This document shows, in pieces, positions 59,431 through 64,000 of a stretch of 64,000 nucleotides of DNA. Numbering within the stretch: the first letter of the stretch is position 1; every line of letters begins with the position of its first letter. This DNA comes from Eledone cirrhosa (taxonomy: Eukaryota), in assembly GCA_964016885.1 (NCBI GenBank), contig OZ024741.1:243040001-243104000 (forward strand), read 5' to 3'. Made by a program: the position numbers and the translations under genes. Below the pieces are notes generated by a model. The model saw nothing but the letters and a program-made list of their open reading frames with translations, ran no database searches and was not told the DNA's origin.

Positions 59431-62400
59431 AGGGTTAGGGTTAGGGTTAGGGTTAGGGTTAGGGTTAGGGTTAGGGTTAGGGTTAGGGTTGGGGTTAGGT
59501 TTAGGGTTAGGGTTAGGGTTGGGGTTAGGGTTAGGGTTAGGGTTAGGGTTAGGGTTAGGGTTGGGGTTAGGGTTAGGGTTGGCGTTAGGGTTAGCGTCAG
59601 GGTTGGCGTTAGGGTTAGGGTTAGTGTTAGGGTTAGGTTTAGGGTTAGGTTTGGGGTTAGTGTTAGGGTTAGGGTTAGGTTTAGGGTTAGGGTTAGGGTT
59701 GGGGTTAGGGTTAGTGTTAGGGTTAGGGTTAGGGTTAGGATTAGGGTTGGGTTAGGATGAGGGTTAGGGTTAGCGTTAGGCTTAGAGTTAGGGTTAGGGT
59801 TAGGGATAGGGTTCGTGTTATGGTTAGGGTTGGGTTTAGGTTTAGGGTTAGGGTTAGGGTTGGGGTTAGGGTTAGGGTTGGCGTTAGGGTTAGCGTCAGG
59901 GTTGGCGTTAGGGTTAGAGTTAGGGTTAGGGTTAGGGTTAGGGTTAGGGTTAGGATTGGGGTTGGGGTTGGGGTGGGGTTAGGGTTAGGGTTAGGGTTAG
60001 GGTTGGGGTTAGGGTTAGGGTTAGGTTTCGGGTTACTTTAGGGTTAGGGTTAGGGTTAGGGTTAGGTTTAGAGTTAGGGTTAGGGTCAGGGTTAGAGTTA
60101 GGGTTAGGGTTAGGGTTAGGGTTGGGGTTGGGGTTAGGGTTAGGGTTAGGGTTAGGGTTAGGGCTAGGGCTAGGGTTAAGGTTAGGGTTAGGGTTAGGGT
60201 TAGTGTTAGGGTTAGGGTTAGGGTTAGGGTTAGGGTTGGGGTTAGGGTGAGGGTTAGGGCTAGGGCTAGGGTTAAAGTTAGGGTTAGGGTTAGGGTTAGG
60301 GTTAGGGTTAGGGTTAGGGTTAGGGTTGGGGTTAGGGTGAGCGTTAGGGTTAGGATTACGGTTGGCGTTAGGTTTGGCGTTAGGGTTAGGGTTAGTGTTA
60401 GGGTTAGGGTGAGGGTTAGGGTAGGGTTAGGGTTGGCGTTAGGGTTAGCGTTAGGGTTGGCGTTAGGGTTAGGGTTAGGATTACGGTTGGGGTTGGGGTT
60501 AGGGTTTGGGTTAGGGTTGGGGTTAGGGTTAGGGTTGGGGTTGGGGTTAGGGTTAGGGTTGGCGTTAGGGTTAGGGTTAGGGTTAGGGTTAGCGTTAGGG
60601 TTAGAATTAGGGTTAGGGTTAGGGTTGGCGTTAGGGTTAGCGTCAGGGTTGGCGTTAGGGTTAGGGATAGGGTTAGGGTTAGGGTTAGGGTTAGGTTTGG
60701 GGTTAGTGTTAGGGTTAGGTTTAGGGTTAGGGTTAGGGCTGGGGTTAGGGTTAGGGTTAGGGTTAGGGTTAGGATTAGGGTTGGGTTAGGGTTAGGGTTA
60801 GGGTTAGGGTTAGGGTTAGCGTTAGGGTTAGGGTTAGGGTTAGGGTTAGGGTTAGGGTTAGGGTTGAGCGTGGGGTTGAGGTTGGGGTGGGGTTAGGGCT
60901 AGGGTTAGGGTTAGGGTTAGGGTTAGGGTTAGGGTTAGGGTTGGGGTTGGGGTTAGGGTTAGGGTTAGGGTTGGGGTTAGGGTTAGTGTTAGGGTTAGGG
61001 TTAGGGTTAGGGTTGGGGTTAGGGTTAGGGTTAGCGTTAGGGTTAGCGTCAGGGTTGGCGTTAGGGTTAGGGTTAGGGTTAGGGTTGGGGTTAGGGTTAG
61101 GGTTGGGGTTGGGGTTAGGGTTAGGGTTAGGGTTAGGGTTACGGTTACGGTTAGGTTAGGGTTAGGGTTAGGGTTAGGGTTAGAGTTGTTGTTAGGGTTA
61201 GGGTTAGGGTTAGGGTTAGGGTTAGGGTTAGGGTTAGGGTTAGGGTTAGGGTTGGCGTTAGGTTTAGGGTTAGGGTTAGGGTTGGGGTTAGGGTTAGGGT
61301 TAGGGTTAGGGTTAGGGTTAGGGTTAGGGTTGGGGTTAGGGTTAGGGTTGGCGTTAGGGTTAGCGTCAGGGTTGGCGTTAGGGTTAGGGTTAGTGTTAGG
61401 GTTAGGTTTAGGGTTAGGTTTGGGGTTAGTGTTAGGGTTAGGGTTAGGTTTAGGGTTAGGGTTAGGGTTGGGGTTAGGGTTAGTGTTAGGGTTAGGGTTA
61501 GGGTTAGGATTAGGGTTGGGTTAGGGTGAGGGTTAGGGTTAGGGTTAGCGTTAGGGTTAGAGTTAGGGTTAGGGTTAGGGATAGGGTTCGTGTTAGGGTT
61601 AGGGTTGGGGTTAGGTTTAGGGTTAGGGTTAGGGTTGGGGTTAGGGTTAGGGTTAGGATTAGGCTTAGGGTTAGGGTTAGGGTTAGGGTTAGGGTTAGGG
61701 TTGGGGTTAGGGTTAGGGTTGGCGTTAGGGTTAGCGTCAGGGTTGGCGTTAGGGTTAGAGTTAGGGTTAGGGTTAGGGTTAGGGTTAGGGTTAGGATTGG
61801 GGTTGGGGTTGGGGTGGGGTTAGGGTTAGGGTTAGGATTAGGGTTAGGGTTGGGATTAGGGTTAGGGTTAGGTTTCGGGTTACTTTAGGGTTAGGGTTAG
61901 GGTTAGGGTTAGGGTTAGGTTTAGAGTTAGGGTTAGGGTCAGGGTTAGAGTTAGGGTTAGGGTTAGGGTTAGGGTTGGGGTTGGCGTTAGGGTTAGGGTT
62001 AGGGTTAGGGTTAGGGTTAGGGTTCGGGCTAGGGCTAGGGTTAAGGTTAGGGTTAGGGTTAGGGTTAGGGTTAGGGTTAGGGTTGGGGTTAGGGTGAGGG
62101 TTAGGGCTAGGATTACGGTTGGCGTTAGGTTTGGCGTTAGGGTTAGGGTTAGTGTTAGGGTTAGGGTGAGGGTTAGGGTAGGGTTAGGTTTGGCGTTAGG
62201 GTTAGCGTTAGGGTTGGCGCTAGGGTTAGCGCTAGGGTTGGCGTTAGGGTTAGGGTTAGGGTTAGGGTTAGGTTTAGGGTTACGGTTGGGGTTGGGGTTA
62301 GGGTTAGGGTTAGGGTTGGGGTTAGGGTTAGGGTTGGGGTTGGGGTTAGGGTTAGGGTTGGCGTTAGGGTTAGGGTTAGGGTTAGGGTCAGGGTTAGCGT

Positions 62401-64000
62401 TAGGGTTAGGATTAGGGTTAGGGTTAGGGTTGGCGTTAGGGTTAGCGTCAGGGTTGGCGTTAGGGTTAGGGATAGGGTTAGGGTTAGGTTTAGGGTTAGG
62501 TTTGGGGTTAGTGTTAGGGTTAGGGTTAGGGTTAGGGTTAGGGTTAGGTTTAGGGTTAGGGTTAGGGTTAGGGTTAGGGTTAGGGTTAGGATTAGGGTTG
62601 GGTTAGGGTTAGGGTTAGGGTTAGGGTTAGGGTTAGGGTTAGCGTTAGGGTTAGGGTTAGGGTTAGGGTTAGGGTTAGGGTTGGGGGTGGGGTTGAGGTT
62701 GGGGTGGTGTTAGGGCTAGGGTTAGGGTTAGTGTTAGGGTTAGGGTTAGGGTTAGGGTTAGGGTTGGGGTTGGGGTTAGGGTTAGGGTTGGGGTTAGGGT
62801 TAGTGTTAGGGTTAGGGTTAGGGTTAGGGTTAGCGTTAGGGTTAGGGTTAGGGTTAGGGTTGGGGTTGGGGTTAGGGTTAGGGTTAGGGTTAGGGTTACG
62901 GTTAGGTTTCGTGTTAGGGTTAGGGTTGGGGTTAGGTTTAGGGTTAGGGTTAGGGTTGGGGTTAGGGTTAGGGTTAGGGTTAGGGTTAGGGTTAGGGTTG
63001 GGGTTAGGGTTAGGGTTGGCGTTAGGGTTAGCGTCAGGGTTGGCGTTAGGTTTAGAGTTAGGGTTAGGTTTAGGGTTAGGGTTAGGGTTAGGGTTAGGGT
63101 TAGGATTGGGGTTGGGGTTGGGGTGGGGTTAGGGTTAGGGTTAGGGTTAGGGTTGGGGTTAGGGTTAGGGTTAGGTTTCGGGTTACTTTAGGGTTAGGGT
63201 TAGGGTTAGGGTTAGGGTTAGGATTGGGGTTGGGGTTGGGGTGGGGTTAGGGTTAGGGTCAGGGTTAGAGTTAGGGTTAGGGTTAGGGTTAGGGTTAGGG
63301 TTAGGTTTAGGGTTAGGGCTAGGGCTAGGGTCAAGGTTAGGGTTAGGGTTAGGGTTAGGGTTAGGGTTAGGGTTAGGGTTGGGGTTAGGGTGAGGGTTAG
63401 GGTTAGGATTACGGTTGGCGTTAGGTTTGGCGTTAGGGTTAGGGTTAGTGTTATGGTTAGGGTGAGGGTTAGGGTAGGGTTAGGGTTGGCGTTAGGGTTA
63501 GCGTTAGGGTTGGCGTTAGGGTTAGCGCTAGGGTTGGCGTTAGGGTTAGGGTTAGGGTTAGGGTTACGGTTGGGGTTGGGGTTAGGGTTAGGGTTAGGGT
63601 TGGGGTTAGGGTTAGGGTTGGGGTTGGGGTTAGGGTTAGGGTTGGCGTTAGGGTTAGGGTTAGGGTTAGGGTTAGGGTTAGCGTTAGGGTTAGGATTAGG
63701 GTTAGGGTTAGGGTTGGCGTTAGGGTTAGCGTCAGGGTTGGCGTTAGGGTTAGGGATAGGGTTAGGGTTAGGATTAGGGTTAGGTTTGGGGTTAGTGTTA
63801 GGGTTAGGGTTAGGGTTAGGGTTAGGGTTAGGGCTGGGGTTAGGGTTAGGGTTAGGGTTAGGGTTAGGATTAGGGTTGGGTTAGGGTTAGGGTTAGGGTT
63901 AGGGTTAGAGTTAGGGTTAGCGTTAGGGTTAGGGTTAGGGTTAGGGTTAGGGTTAGGGTTAGGTTTAGGGTTAGGGTTGGGGTGGGGTTGAGGTTAGGGT
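58348..64000 (+). repeat. Run of ~1.3-1.85 kb base monomers
   Basis: The landmark TTAGGT-TTCGGG-TTACT (TTAGTT in the first copy) occurs at 58348, 60021, 61868 and 63171 (spacings 1673, 1847, 1303). Each is followed by the same ordered series of variant blocks. Confidence 0.82.

Larger units (their letters stand above)
1..64000 (+). repeat. Degenerate (TTAGGG)n telomeric-type tandem array with ordered variant repeats; continues past both window edges
   Basis: Every line parses as TTAGGG or a 1-3 substitution or 1-nt deletion variant of it. G-rich strand on + throughout. The ORF track shows only GL, VR and LT dipeptide translations. Confidence 0.99.
45111..64000 (+). repeat. More diverged domain of the same satellite, with older and imperfect duplications
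   Basis: Many private variants (TTAAAGG, TTAATG, TCAGTG, TTACGT, TTAGAA, TTAGCA, ATGGCG, TGAGCG, TTGGGC). Duplicate offsets drift: 46474/49409 (2935), 47477/50221 (2744), 48621/52310 (3689). Confidence 0.85.

Noticed and set aside
51-63884. The many plus-strand GL/VR ORFs as protein-coding genes, including the 464-aa ORF at 44793-46187 and the 350-aa ORF at 56300-57352
   Set aside because: Two of the three frames of (TTAGGG)n are automatically open. Most starts are TTG or GTG from variant hexamers, and ORF ends mostly coincide with 1-nt deletions or TAAGGG/TGAGGG variants.
1-64000. Apparent excess of changes synonymous in the GL frame (TTA>TTG or CTA, GGG>GGT or GGA) as a sign of coding selection
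   Set aside because: Leu and Gly codons are highly degenerate. Non-synonymous variants, stops and frameshifts are frequent and are faithfully duplicated.
1-64000. CRISPR-like repeat-spacer array built on the recurring signature block
   Set aside because: The intervening DNA is itself telomeric repeat, 0.6-3 kb long and non-unique. There is no leader and no cas gene.
1-64000. Ordinary telomerase-synthesised terminal telomere, or a head-to-head fusion site
   Set aside because: There is no long pure tract, variant patterns repeat at kb scale, and no switch to CCCTAA orientation occurs in the window.
1-64000. Variants as random basecalling noise
   Set aside because: Variant order is reproduced almost exactly across copies 3-21 kb apart. 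Isolated private changes such as AGGG at 39836 could still be errors.
1-64000. Herpesvirus telomeric repeat region or telomere-targeted retrotransposon insertion
   Set aside because: No viral, reverse transcriptase, poly-A or other non-telomeric sequence is present, and the array is far longer than the viral repeat tracts I know of.
1-64000. Assignment to a specific organism
   Set aside because: TTAGGG is shared by vertebrates, many other animals, fungi and protists, and nothing in the window is diagnostic.

Overview
The whole 64-kb window is one uninterrupted, single-orientation (G-rich strand on +) array of degenerate TTAGGG telomeric-type hexamers. I found no unique sequence, genes, RNA genes, transposons or CCCTAA inversion. 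All listed ORFs are automatic poly-GL, poly-VR or poly-LT translations of the repeat. The array is not randomly degenerate. Variant hexamers (TTGGGG, TTAGCG, TTGGCG, TTAGTG, TTAGAG, TTAGGA, TTAGGT, TTACGG, TTCGTG, TTGTTG, CTAGGG, TGAGGG, TCAGGG, TTAAGG, ATAGGG) and 5-nt deletion units recur in a fixed order and act as a barcode. The barcode reveals a ~1.3-1.8 kb monomer and nested tandem duplications of ~2.2, ~3.15, ~3.27, ~3.9, ~7.35 and ~17.64 kb, with mappable junctions and an inferable order of events. The left ~45 kb is recently homogenised and the right ~19 kb is more diverged, which is the opposite polarity to a telomerase-extended chromosome end. Best interpretation (inference): a telomere-derived satellite with higher-order repeat structure, amplified by recombination rather than telomerase (interstitial, subtelomeric or ALT-like array). 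Organism and chromosomal position cannot be determined. All alignments and counts were done by eye using the ORF track offsets as landmarks.
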